DNA of 64,000 nt from Eledone cirrhosa (lineage: Eukaryota): contig OZ024741.1 in the NCBI GenBank assembly GCA_964016885.1, forward strand, positions 30,194,001 to 30,258,000, given 5' to 3'. Under the pieces are notes generated by a model. The model did not search any database. It worked only from the letters and a program-made list of their open reading frames with translations, and was not told where the DNA came from. A program made the position numbers and the translations under genes. Of this stretch, positions 14,188 to 27,172 are shown piece by piece (the first letter of the stretch is position 1; every line of letters begins with the position of its first letter).

Positions 14188-14550
14188 ATACTTGGGGTGA
14201 GTCATTGTTGTAATAATATTGCCAGAATTAATAACAGAACACACACAGTGTTCGGTTAGTTTTCGCTTCTGTATCTTTTATATCAGCTAATTCATTCGGT
14301 CCTAAATGTTTACCATTGACTGAACAACGGTCAAAATTACAGATATAATATAGACAAAAACACACATATATATCTAGTCTAACAAAATTCTTTCGTTGCA
14401 CATCTGCAATGCTGACCTAAGAGAATTATAAATAAATAAATTTAATATATACACAAGCACAATAACAACAAACACATATAAACACACACTAGTAAACTAA
14501 GATAGAATACAATAACCAAAACACAGTCACACAAACGCGAACACACACCA

Positions 14551-15455
14551 TTTGCCAAAACTGCTACTATAGTTCATAGTATTAGTTCGGCTACTGTCTT
14601 CTTAACACCCCACTCCTCACTGATTAACCTCGATGTCACGTGATTCTTTTGAATTTGCCACCGACCAAGCAAGTAGGCAGTGATTTTTTCAATGTCTTGG
14701 AATTTAGTCCACGCTTGCTTTTTTCCATTCACTTAATTGTTTTTGTATAAGTTCCCTGTGTCCACGCATCGCCTGGGAAATTAGCTGAGAATAGACTTCC
14801 TGATGACGAAAGGCTTTCTCCATGGGTTTCATTCGGAAACCATGTTTATTCTCTTTCATAAACTAATTAGTTGGAGTGAAATTTTAGTAAGTAAGTTAAT
14901 TTTTATAATTTTCTTATTTTACGTCTTTCATATAATTGTTCTGCATCCCTTGCATTGAACCACAAAGTTACTAAGACAAAACCTATATATTTGCTAGCAT
15001 AGGTATGCATATGTATATATATGTTGGTAGATATACTAATTCTTTATAATTATCACCAAATTATTTTGTTGAGCAAAAATTTGCCAAAACTGCTATTATA
15101 ATTCATAGTATTAGATCGGCTACTGTCTTCTTAACACCCCACTCCTCACTGATTAACCTCGATGTCACGTGATTGATTCTTTTGAATATGCCACCGACCA
15201 AGTTGGCAGTGATTTTTCAATGTCTTGAAATTTAGTCTACGCTTGCTTTTTTCCATCCACTAAATTATTTTTGTATAAGTTCCCTGTGTCCACGCATCGC
15301 CTGGGAAATTAGCTGAGAATAGACTTCCTGATGACGAAAGGCTTTCTCCATGGGTTAAATTCGGAAACCATGTTTATTCCCTTTCAGAAACTAATTAGTT
15401 GGAGTGAAATTTTAGTAAGTTAATCTTTATAATTTTCTTATTTTACGTCTTTTAT
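14551..15455 (+). mobile_element. Tandem pLTR-like unit, ~375-bp direct repeats with a 529-bp period (relatives at 30281-30560, 31975-32510)
   Basis: Repeats start at 14551 and 15080; hammerheads at 14795-14877 (GAAA mutated to TAAA) and 15323-15405. Confidence 0.8.
15323..15405 (+). ncRNA. Minimal hammerhead motif (family copies 30334-30411 -, 32266-32345 +)
   Basis: acttc-CTGATGA-cgaaagg...ctttca-GAAA-ctaattag-TT-ggagt. Confidence 0.75.
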
Positions 15456-15501
15456 ATATATATATATATGTTCATCCTGTTCCGTATAACCATGACCAGT
15501 A

Positions 15502-15539
15502 CGAGCTGAAGATCAGCTAAGGTGAAACTATTGTTCTCG
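15502..15539 (+). ncRNA. Very short hammerhead motif (family copies 24239-24277 -, 52781-52818 -, 52839-52876 +)
   Basis: cgag-CTGAAGA-tcagctaaggt-GAAA-ctattg-TT-ctcg. Confidence 0.7.
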
Positions 15540-15567
15540 GTATGGTGGACTAACTGTTGTGTTACTA

Positions 15568-15604
<37 letters not shown>

Positions 15605-15854
15605 AAAAAAAAGAGGAAATCGAAAATGCAACTGGAGTCTTATTTTTTAAAAATATATATTCATTTGGTTCCTTTACCGGTTTCCAGTTCTTCGGTTTTC
15701 AAAGTAGAGTTGAGATGGAGGGTCTGTGGTGTTACTCACATATATACATATTTTTAAATAAGACTCCAGTTGCATTTTCGATTTCATCTTTTTGTATTTA
15801 TACTTTCACTAGTATAGGACACCTCGGTTATTTTTCATTTTGTAAAAAAACCTC

Positions 15855-15936
<82 letters not shown>

Positions 15937-16367
15937 ATTTGTTTTGCGAGGTTTTTAATATGAAATCGTGTGTCGAAACAAATATTGTTATACTTGGAGA
16001 GGGTCATATTGTTGTAATAATATTGCCAGAACTATAACAGAACACATCCACTGTTTGGTTGGTTTTCGCTTCTGTATCTTTTATATCGGTTAATTTATTC
16101 GGTCCTCAATGTTTACCATTGACTGACCAATGGTCAAAAATACAGATATAATATAGATACAAACACATATATATAGTCTGCCAAAGTTCTTTCGTTGCAC
16201 AGCTGCAACATCGTAATGGAGCTATTATGTTCCTCCTGTTCTATTGTATATCTACGCCATATTTATTTAATCTGTTTATTTATTTATTTATTTATTTATT
16301 TATTTTTGTCTTCTTTGTGCATACGTTTGCTTGTGTAAACCTATATATTTGCTAGCATAGGTATGCA

Positions 16368-16409
<42 letters not shown>

Positions 16410-17080
16410 ATAGATTTTAGCGTGACTTCGAGTGTCTTTGAGCATAGGTTTGGGTGTGTGAGCCTGTCTGTGTTTTTTTCTATGTCTGACATCCTTCTGT
16501 ACGTTTGTGTGTGTATATGTATGCATGCATATATATCACGTTATTGCTACATATTTAGAAGGGTTTCACAGTTAATCTATCCATTAGAAATATTCGTTTT
16601 TATCCTATTTGATGTGGACGGCTAGTCTCAACATTATCTACATATATATATATAACGCGCGCGCGCGCACACACACACACGCATACACACACGCACACAC
16701 ACCACACATGTATATAAGTATATTTTTGTATGTATATGTCTGCATTAGGTAATGTATGAATGTGTTCTGTGAGAGCAATCTTCTGTATACATAGCTCTAT
16801 TTCATGAACGATCCTCCGACGATTTGAATCGTTAAGCGCCTCCCCCGTTCAAGATTCACACATATATATACACGTATAGCCACATACATGCAGATACAGA
16901 CACATATACGCAAATACACGCACATACACACTCCTACACGCACATATTCGCACATATAGTCACATACGCATACACAATCCCATGTACATATACACAGGTT
17001 TTATAACTTTCTTTCTAAACCTCTCTTTTTATTCTCTCCCTGGAGCCTATATTTTGTTTGTGTCTATTCATGTATTACAC

Positions 17081-17111
<31 letters not shown>

Positions 17112-17138
17112 CAGTATATGTGTGTATATATATGTATG

Positions 17139-17176
<38 letters not shown>

Positions 17177-17213
17177 GTCTTCAAATATTTTATTATTACT
17201 ATTATTATTACTA

Positions 17214-17276
<63 letters not shown>

Positions 17277-17277
<1 letters not shown>

Positions 17278-18732
17278 GTATAGGATTATACTGGATGCAG
17301 TAATGGTTAATTACTACAGTGGATAGAGTTGACGTACGGTGAGAGGTTACTCAACGAGTTATGGAAGAATAGTTGAAGAAACTCAGTCCTGATCCTTCTG
17401 TATTCCGGAGTGTAGATAAAGAATGAATACTAACAGGTAGACATCATAAAAAGGTAATTTATTCTGTGTGCTTACAAATGTTTCCACGGTGGTTATACAG
17501 CCTAGTTATGCTATGTGCAAATTTATAACTATTTGCAAAACTCAATTATCAAATGATGTGACCACTGTATCATCAGAGCAGAATGGTTAAAATGTACAAT
17601 GTAAATACCCTTAAGTGAGGTTGTTGGGGATGCTAGAGTAGAAAAGGAAGAGAGAAAAGAAGGGGAGATGGAGAGAGAGAGATATGCAGGGGTTGGAGAA
17701 ATGGGAGAGAGCGGTTTGTAGATATCTTAATCAAAATGTTGTGGTAGGGGTTTTATTATACTGGTTACTCTTAAAGCAACCACCTTAAGCGATGCGTTGA
17801 TAGTCAAGGTTGGAATTATTTATTGCAACAGAGGGCAGGTTCATAGATGTGGAGAGGGAGGGAGGTGAAGTTAGGGCGAGAGAGAGAGAGAGAGGAATGG
17901 ATAGAGAGGGAGAGATAGAGAGGGGACAGACGAAAGCTATGGGATGGGTGTAAACTGAGTTCATAGTAGTAGTCTACAAATTGCACTATGTTTCCATTTA
18001 TAGTGGGCATTGTCTTGTAGTGTGGGGTAAGAGAAAGTGGTTAGCTAGAAAACAATGATATAGTTAGCCGTTCGAATGTTACGTTATTTTATAATGAGAG
18101 AATTTAGCCTCCAGCTTGTGGTTGCTGTTATAATGATCGTTCGATTCTATCATTTAATAATTTATTTTTGGATTTTAACATGTAAAAGAGTTCAAGGTTA
18201 CATAACCTACAGTACTTCAATCCACTCCGATATGCACTAGCGCTGGAAAGTATATCCTATTTCAAGATGAACTGTTGGTTGCGTTCACGGAGTTGCCAGG
18301 TCTTGTTGGCGAGCGTGGTCAAAAAACGGTGATTAGGATGTTTAATTGAGAATCTATGACGATACCAGCGAGATTTAAATGAGGTATTGGTAGACCCGAT
18401 GTAATACCATTTCTGGTCGTTCGATTCAACAGTGTATTGGTAAACAATGTTGGACTTTAGGCATTTATTTTTCAATGGACATCTTTCAGGTAGGTGGCAG
18501 TTACAGTTTTTGTTGTGGGTAGCGGGTCTACCATGGATAGGTTGGGATAGCAGTACAGGTGGGTTGTGTTATACCCGTCTCCCATGTAGTGTTTGGCAGA
18601 CCGATATTATGTTATGCTCTTCTGTTATTAAAGTATTTTGATTTGTAGTGTTATTAATTGCTTTAAGTTAATTTTTTTTATGTATGCTTCAAGGTTTGGT
18701 GCGTGGAGTATGATAGTTTAATAGTTTTAGAT

Positions 18733-18737
<5 letters not shown>
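17277..18737 (-). mobile_element. Truncated Penelope-like element (Naiad-like GIY-YIG end plus 3' pLTR)
   Basis: CNCHLPERCPLKNKC, IVYQYTV, YYIGSTNTSFKSRWYRH (18257-18510); homologous to 59300-59900; TA flanks. Confidence 0.85.
17469..17580 (-). ncRNA. Hammerhead motif with a long stem II insert
   Basis: tgct-CTGATGA-tacagtggt...accaccgtg-GAAA-catttg-TA-agca, sense to the GIY-YIG ORF. Confidence 0.72.
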
Positions 18738-18816
<79 letters not shown>

Positions 18817-18937
18817 TATATACATATGAATAAACACAACTACAAAAATAGGTTTACACACGCACACACACACAAGCATATATATACAGTATATATACAT
18901 ATACATACATATATGTATGTATATATATATATATATA

Positions 18938-19434
18938 TTCTTAGCCATTTTTTAATATATTCTTGGCACGATGACTTTGGAAAATTTATTGTCTAAATTT
19001 GAGCTAACTTCCTGAAGAGTCCTGTGCTCTAGGTTCCGAAGCTATCGGATGTCTTAAAATGCGGACGAAACCATGGTCGAGGTAGCTAAATATGTCCACT
19101 TTTCTCCTAGTTTATTTTACACCTAATCCTGTTTAATTGACTGTATATCTGGGCGATTCATACACGCTGTCGAAATATTCGATAGATATTCCGTCACAGC
19201 CGGTGCAAGGGCTGGTTTCGGTTATTTGTCGGAGATTTCTTCATAGAAGCCTTATTCTTATAGCTTGGTCTAATCGATTTTTTATATGGTTAATTATGCT
19301 AATTGGGAGAGGAAATGGTATATATTTTATCTGGTGATTCTATAGACATGTTTTATGATATATAGCTCTGATTATTTAATTTATTAACTTTTCATTGAGC
19401 CACAAAGTGACCCGTTGCAAAACACGTATATATA

Positions 19435-19477
<43 letters not shown>

Positions 19478-20033
19478 CTTTATATGTAACAAACTCCCGT
19501 TAGGTTGAGATAAAAATTTGGCTGTATTGTGCTGCGCTTTCTAGCAAAAAGCCACCAGCTTTAAGCAACTAACCACATTCCTTCTAATCTGACCGCTACT
19601 ACGTCACGATTCTTAGCCATTTTTGAATATATTCTTGGCGCCATCACTTTGGAAAATGTATTGTCTAAATTTGAGTTAACTTCTTGAAGAGTCTGGTGCT
19701 CTAGGTTCCGAAGCTATCGGATATTTTAAAATGCGGACGAAACCATGGTCGAGGTAACTAAATATGTCCACTTTTCTCCTAGTTTATTTTACACCTAATC
19801 CTGTTTAATTGACTGTATATCTGGGCGATTCATACACACTGTCGAAATATTCGATAAATATTCCGTCGCAGCCGGCGCGAAGGGCTGGTTTCGGTTATTT
19901 GTCGGAGATTTCTTCATAGAAGTCTTATTCTTATAGCTTGGTCTAATCGATTTTTTATATGGTTAATTATGCTAATTGGGAGAGGATATGGTATATATTT
20001 TATCTGGTGATTCTATAGACATGTTTTATGATA
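18938..20033 (+). mobile_element. Tandem pLTR/retrozyme-like unit, ~420-bp direct repeats with a 672-bp period
   Basis: 18938-19360 matches 19610-20033; (TA)n flanks. Confidence 0.85.
19002..19087 (+). ncRNA. Hammerhead ribozyme motif with canonical GUC cleavage triplet (second copy 19674-19758 has C3U)
   Basis: agctaacttc-CTGAAGA-gtcc...ggac-GAAA-ccatgg-TC-gaggtagct. Confidence 0.88.
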
Positions 20034-20513
20034 TATATATATATATATGTTTCGCTTTTTCTACCCGCCGAAATGCGATTCTCGCTGAATTTATATTTGT
20101 ATTAATCTCCCGAGTCTTACAATTAACCTGTTAATAATTCTATTGACAGATTAATTACATAAGTTTATTTTAAAAACTACCCGGTCGAGAGCTTATTCGA
20201 TTTGTGCTATTTATGCAATTTTTTGCATGGATTTACACATACTGAATTCATTTGCCAAAATCTGGGGTTTTTACCCCTGTGAGTAACACATGTGCTTTTA
20301 CAAAACACTGTGTCATCCACAATACTGGGGCAGAACAAAATACCTGTTGATAACGTGATATTCCTCGTTCGATATTTATACCAAAAGCTTATTGTTTTAG
20401 CAGACAGTATTATTGATTTAGGTGTCGGTGAAACCCTGTACTATATATATATATATCAATACTGGAATTGAACTATCAAGACAGTCGAGGTATGTCATAC
20501 ATCAATTCATGTA

Positions 20514-20577
20514 TTTTATCTGACGAGGACGTACTGAAAAAAAACAGCACAGTACCTTCGAAATATATATAATAAAA
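20514..20577 (+). ncRNA. Minimal hammerhead motif (same family at 24620-24681 -, 24809-24870 +; relative at 55426-55477 +)
   Basis: ttttat-CTGACGA-ggacgtactg...cagtaccttc-GAAA-tatata-TA-ataaaa. Confidence 0.8.
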
Positions 20578-20909
20578 CATATATTTTGATTATCTGAATG
20601 TCTTCATTTATTATTATTCTGTGTATATATATATATATGAATATGTCATTTATTTTGTCTGACCTGTTTAGCTTGACTTGTTTTTTGGCTTAGGTGGTTA
20701 ATGGCTTCTTGACCGCCTTCTCAGTTTGTATGGCCTTTATAACCTATGTTTATTGCACTGGCCTTTTTAGCCCATGGAGCGCTTGCCAGCATGACTTAGA
20801 ATTTACGTTACGTTTCGCATTTTCTACGCGCCGAAATGCGATTCTCACTGAATTCATATATATATATATATCAAGTAAGAATATTTTCGAAACAGCGAGT
20901 GGGATTTAA

Positions 20910-21200
20910 AATTAGAAATGTAAGCTATCGCCGTATTTGACTAAAGAAATTAAAAAAAATATTTACCCTGATAATGGGGTTAAGAACCCTCGGAGAAATG
21001 GAAAAAGATGAGTATTGACGTACATGGGAGTCGAACCCACATCTTTGGTTATCCGGACCACTGTGCTACCATTTACACCAACATGTCAATACTCATCTTT
21101 TTCCATTTCTCCTAGGGTTCTTAACCCCAGTATCAGGGTAAATAATTTCTTTAATTTCTTTAGTCAAAATACGCCAATAGCTTACATTTCTAATAATAAT
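20910..21200. repeat. ~110-bp-arm inverted repeat enclosing the tRNA-like sequence; third partial copy at 21258-21313
   Basis: 20910-21020 is reverse-complementary to 21084-21200. Confidence 0.9.
21016..21087 (-). tRNA. tRNA-like cloverleaf (pseudo-tRNA or SINE head), anticodon loop CCGGATA
   Basis: gacatgt-tg-gtgt aaatggta gcac-a-gtggt ccggata accaa-agat-gtggg ttcgact cccat-gtacgtc-a; A-box and B-box present; lacks U33. Confidence 0.6.
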
Positions 21201-21209
21201 AATAATAAT

Positions 21210-21253
<44 letters not shown>

Positions 21254-21343
21254 ATTATTATTAGAAATGTAAGCTATCGGCGTATTTTGACTAAAGAAAT
21301 TAAAGAAATTATTTAAGAAAACATCTCATAGACTCTGACCAAG

Positions 21344-21417
<74 letters not shown>

Positions 21418-21564
21418 CTTGGTCAGAGTCTATGAGATGTTTTCTTTCCTTTTCTTCATCTCCCCATTATCGTTATGATCGTTATACTTAATACATCTAC
21501 CATGTTCTACTCTATCTTTCGTCGATTGTCTCCCTTTCCCTCATGTAGTCTTTCTCTTAGTTTT

Positions 21565-21902
21565 TGTCCCTCTGTCTCCCTCTATCTCTGTCTCTCTGTC
21601 TCTCTCTGTCTCTGTCTTTCTGTCCCTCTATCTCTCTGTCACTCTTTGTCCCTCTCTCCCTCTATATCTCTATCTGTCTCTCTGTCACTCTGTCTCTCTC
21701 TGTCTCTGTCCCTCTATATTTCTCTGTCTCTCTGTCTCACCCTCTCCCTCTGTCCCCCTCTCTCACTCTGTCTTTCTGTCACTCTGTCCCTCTGTCCCTC
21801 TATCTCTCTGTATCTCCCTGTCTCTCTGTATCTCTGTCTCTCTGTATCTTTGTCTCTCTGTCCCCCTCTCCCCCTCTCTCTCTCTCCCTCTCTGTCCCTC
21901 TC
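21565..21902. repeat. Degenerate (TC)/(TCTG) pyrimidine-rich tract
   Basis: Direct reading. Confidence 0.9.
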
Positions 21903-22316
21903 ACATACTTCATGTGTTCTATATGTTTCGTTATGTATTAATACTATGGCTTTCTCTCTCCGATTCTTTCTCCCTATTTTATGTATGTGTCTTTTCTTTT
22001 TCTCTGTTCTATATCTCTTCTTTATATATTCCCTTCTCAATCGGCTTTTCATAGCAACTTGTGCCGTCTATTCCTGATGGAATTTATCCTGACAAATGAT
22101 CATCTTATTTCACTTAGTTTTGCCAATATCCTTGACATCTCACAATCTCTACCGCAACGTCTACTTTAAGCTAAAAAGATGATGGAATATTTTCTGCACA
22201 ACTTCCCTAGCCATCTTAACATTTCCCATTCTCACTGTTTTGTTCTCTTTCTACTCCATCTCTCTCTCTCCCACTCTCTCTCTTTCTTTCTTTCTTTCTG
22301 TTTTTCTTTCTTTCAT

Positions 22317-22357
<41 letters not shown>

Positions 22358-24065
22358 TTTTCTCGCTTATTTCCTCTATATCTGTCTATATTTGTTCTGA
22401 TTTCACTCTGTACTTCTCCCTATTCATACAACTCCTTCTATTCCTCTTTCTCTCACTTTCCCTCACTCTATTTTCTCGCTGATTGTCGCTCTCTATATTC
22501 CTGTATTTCTCCTGATTTCTCTCTAACCTCTCTCTCTCTATATATACAACTCTTTCTATTTATTCACTCCTTTCTCTATCTCTCATTTTATTTCTGCTCT
22601 CCTGTATTTAGCTGTTTCCTTTCTTCAGTAACACCTGTCTAATCTCATGACTTTGGAAAGCGATTTCAATGCCGTAGCTGTTGTATCTTTTATTTTTGTT
22701 GCTGGTGTTATTGTTGTTGTTGTTGTTGTTGTTAGTCTTTCTCATGTAGTTGATTTTGTTGTTATTTTTTCTTTGCCTTGGTCTTGCTCTTGATTTTCGC
22801 TTCTCCGGCTTTGTCATGTTATGGCATTGCAGTTAAATATACACTTCCGTGGTTATCCTATAATATCATACCAAATCTTGTAGGCTTGCCGGACAAAATG
22901 CTCATCTAATATTAAGTATTCTTCTGAAGAATACTTAATGTTCAGCATATTCGTTAAAGCATTTGACAAATATTCTTATATTGAGTTGCGGTAATAAATA
23001 TTCTGTGGGCAAATTTCTTTTTCATCATTCCGTCGCTCCGGGGCCGTAAACATAAAGTATCAATCGAATAATGTTATTACAAACCATACGTACATAGGTA
23101 GAGGGTGACCTTCTATCAGGTTCCATACATCAGCTTTAAACTATAGAGGCTGCAGTTCTAATATTTTCCTACGTTTAGAAGTAAAGGCGGGCGGCGGGAT
23201 GTTAAACACTAAAGACATGGAGTCGAAATAATGTCTCTATCATCATCTTTCACAGTCTTACAATGTCACCAAACCCACGTCCTTCACTGGTATTTTATAT
23301 ACCGTTACGGAATAGACGTAAAGAAAAGTTGACCTCGGCGAGATTTGAACTCAGAACACATATACCACGAGGTATTAACCCGGGATCTAAACACCCCTAT
23401 ATATTTTCCACTTGAAATATATATATTGCTGGTCAATACAATCGATCATGCTACTCCCCGTAACAAATTGGATGTTGGCCACGTGACAGATTAATATCAA
23501 CTTTCTTTGAAGAGCTTTCTGAATTAATACGTCACTACGGTTGACTTAGTATTTCGATCCTGTTTGGTAATATATCATTATTATCATAAGTTAATAAACT
23601 ATGCTTCGATTTGATTCAATCTCTTATATGTGTGTCTCTATACAATCATTGATCTAATGTAAGTATCTAATAATTATATGACGAAAGAATCCTATTCAAT
23701 AGAACACGTTCCAGTATATGACGGGTAAAATACATTTTTTCTCAGGAAATATGGAGAGATAATTGTCAAGAATGTAACACGAACAGTATAATACTTCGTA
23801 TATATAAATATTTTCATACAGATAAAAATACACATAACTACCCCCCACACAACACTCACAAACACATACACATATACATATGCATATACACGTGCACGTA
23901 TGCACGTATGCACACACGCACACACACACACACACACAAGATCCTCTTCCTGGTATATCAAGCGTTAACCTAATATATCCCTTCCATATACTGTACCAAT
24001 TGTGGTGTTATTTCTGTTTACCTTTTACATACATACATGCATACATACATGCATACACACACACA

Positions 24066-24194
<129 letters not shown>

Positions 24195-24357
24195 TATATG
24201 TATATAGAAGTAGTAATACAACAGTTAGTTCACCATACCGAGAACAATTGTTTCACCTTAGCTGATCTTCAGCTTGTACTGTTCTGTTACTACTCTACCC
24301 AAATCGTCCTATGGACTGAGTGCTCTACCACTACAGATTACCTTCCAGTGTTCTACT

Positions 24358-24476
<119 letters not shown>

Positions 24477-24584
24477 CCAAAGATTAATATGGTTCATTGA
24501 TTACTCAATTAATATAGTTTTATAATACATTAAAAGCACTCTACATTGAAGTTTTCTGGAGTTATTAATATTCTTCAACATAAT

Positions 24585-24906
24585 AATAAATGAAGACATT
24601 CACATGATCAACATATATGTTTTATTATATATATTTCGAAGGTACTGTGCTGTTTTTTCAGTACATCCTCGTCAGATAAAATACATGAATTGATGTATGA
24701 CATACCACAACGGTCTTGATGGTTCAATTCCAGTATTCAATTCCAGACTGCCAATACTGGAATTGAACCATCAAGACCGTTGAGGTATGTCATATATCAG
24801 TTCATATATTTTATCTGACGAGGACGTACTGAAAAAACAGCACAGTACCTTCGAAATATATATAATAAAACATATATTTTGATTATGTGAATGTCTTCAT
24901 TTATTA
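24585..24906. mobile_element. Fold-back pLTR-like unit, ~150-bp arms, hammerhead in each arm
   Basis: 24585-24737 vs 24753-24906; homologous to 20458-20616. Confidence 0.85.
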
Positions 24907-24934
24907 ATATTTTGAATAATATATATATATAATA

Positions 24935-25004
<70 letters not shown>

Positions 25005-25269
25005 GTCGCATATATATATATATAGTCGCATATATGTTATGGAATACTGTTAGCTTCTCGCTACAACAATTTCTATACCTTTCATTTATATATATGTATA
25101 TATATATGGTAGACTATAGGCATATTTATTATATATATAAACTAATTGTCCATCAGTAGAACTGTTTCATCCGTATGAAAATATTATTTTCATACGAATG
25201 AACTAGTTCTAGTTCTGTAGAGGTCAGTTCTCTCCCTCTTTAATATATATATAACTTTGATATCTTTGA

Positions 25270-26650
25270 TAGGTTTCGGCCAGTATTGGCCCAGGCCATG
25301 TCTAACTTAATAGCACCACCTGGAGAAATCTCTCGAATCAGGATTTGGACACCATAGCCCACTGAAGTAGAGGATTATTGTTTACTGAGACATATCCAGG
25401 TGTAGGAGATTAATTTGGGATTTCTTGAAGGAATTCGTCCAAAGGTGGTTTGAATTTTATAGGTTCGCTTTCTGTTTTAATGTGTTTTGGTGTAATGTTA
25501 AAGAGGGCGGAGCCAATTGAGGTGAAATAATTGCGCCGTATTGTTGTTATGAGATGCGAGTTTGATTTTTATTGTGGGCGGATAGCCTTGGGTGTAGTTT
25601 AAAGGTGATGCCAACATCATTTGGATAATGCTGATGGAATATTTTCTCCGCCATGCAGATAAGGTAGCGCTCACGGCGGCGTTGGAGAGAATAAAGTTTG
25701 AGCTTTTCTAGTTGCCCTCAATAATCAAGGCCTGTCATGATATCTATCTTTTTTGTGATTGACATTTGCATTTGCTTCAATGATACATTTATTCGTGTGG
25801 GGGGGACCACCGTGGACAACAGTATTCAAGACAGGGCCAGGCAGTAGTAGAGAAGAGAAGGATAAAGAGAAGAGAAGGGTAAAGAGAAGAGAAGGATAAT
25901 GGTGTGGAAATATCTCCACTGGAAAGTTCTGACAATCCAGGAACACATTCAGCGGGCCATGTCATTTTTCCTGTTTATATGAGTTGCTCAGCTTATGTTG
26001 TTATCGACAGTCTTTGATGCTGTTCGATGCCCTGAGAGTTTCACTTAAAGGAAGGGAATATGGGAGTTTCAGGGCATCCTCTTTGCCAAAGTAGATTAAC
26101 TCAAATGTATGCTCGTTCAGTAGCATATTGTTCTTTCCCGCCCATTGGATAACAGCCAGTAGATCTGATTCAGTGTATATCTTGTCACCCACTCTATTGA
26201 TGACCTTCTGGAGCTCATGTTGCTGTTATTGATGACGTCAGTAACGTGATTTATATAAATAATGAAAAGTGGGTCCAACACAGTGCCTTGCGGAAAGCCA
26301 CTACTGATTTTGGCTGGGCTTGATTTTACTCCTTCGACTACAACATGTTTAGCTCAGTCTGTCAAGAAACACTTGATCCATTGATCAACCCTGTCAAAAG
26401 GTCTTGTTGAAATCAAGGTAGATAGCATCAGTATTGGAGCCCTCTCCCAAAGCTCTTAAAATGCCATCAAAGTGATACAGGAGCTGCGTTAGACAATCCC
26501 ATTACAGAACACATGTTGGTTGGAGTTCAGCAGTTTGTTGCTTTCAAGAAAGTCAGTTATCCGTGATCTCACCACCCTCTCAAATATCTTAATGATATGA
26601 GAGGTAAGTGAGATCGGACGGAAGTTCACTGAAAGGGACTTGCTTCGTGC
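25270..26650 (-). mobile_element. Decayed CR1-like LINE ORF2 (RT and C-terminus)
   Basis: Minus-strand NFRPISLTSHIIKIFERVV, DAIYLDFNK, SGFPQGTVLDP, LEKLKLYSLQRRRERY; many frameshifts. Confidence 0.8.
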
Positions 26651-26807
26651 TACTAATGGTGTCCACATAGAGGTGTATTAAATTAGTTTAAAAAACTTCA
26701 ATATGTACTCCTCATTTTGTAATACGTTCCATATTTGTCTGTACATTTGCTTTTGTAATACATTTTTTAAATTGTAACAAGACGTTATGGACACCCTGTG
26801 TGTGTAT

Positions 26808-26846
<39 letters not shown>

Positions 26847-26930
26847 AAAGGTAAACAGAAATAACAACGCAATCGGTACAGTATATGGAAGGTATATATT
26901 AGGTTAATGCTTGATATAGAAGGAAGAGGG

Positions 26931-26966
26931 TCTTAACGTTTAGAACGCTAGTCCTTCATCAGAAGA
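26931..26966 (-). ncRNA. Degenerate minimal hammerhead motif
   Basis: tctt-CTGATGA-aggactagcgttc-TAAA-cg-TT-aaga (GAAA mutated). Confidence 0.45.
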
Positions 26967-27114
26967 AAGAATGAGAAATAAGATAGATTGAGAGGAGGGG
27001 TGGGTTGTAATTGGAAAAAATGTCTTTAGATGTGACAGGTCCATTCATGTTGACATCTCTTGAAAAACTGTTGGTGCTGGCGCCATATATATATATAAAC
27101 GCCAGCACAAACAG

Positions 27115-27172
<58 letters not shown>

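Noticed and set aside
18470-18515. Selenocysteine recoding, reported for some Naiad elements
   Set aside because: Cys positions here and at ~11665-11710 and ~59675-59725 use TGT/TGC, not TGA
22911-22938. 14-bp-arm hairpin attaagtattcttc-t-gaagaatacttaat (also small hairpins at 36499-36536, 50385-50470)
   Set aside because: Isolated and short; no family or function supportable
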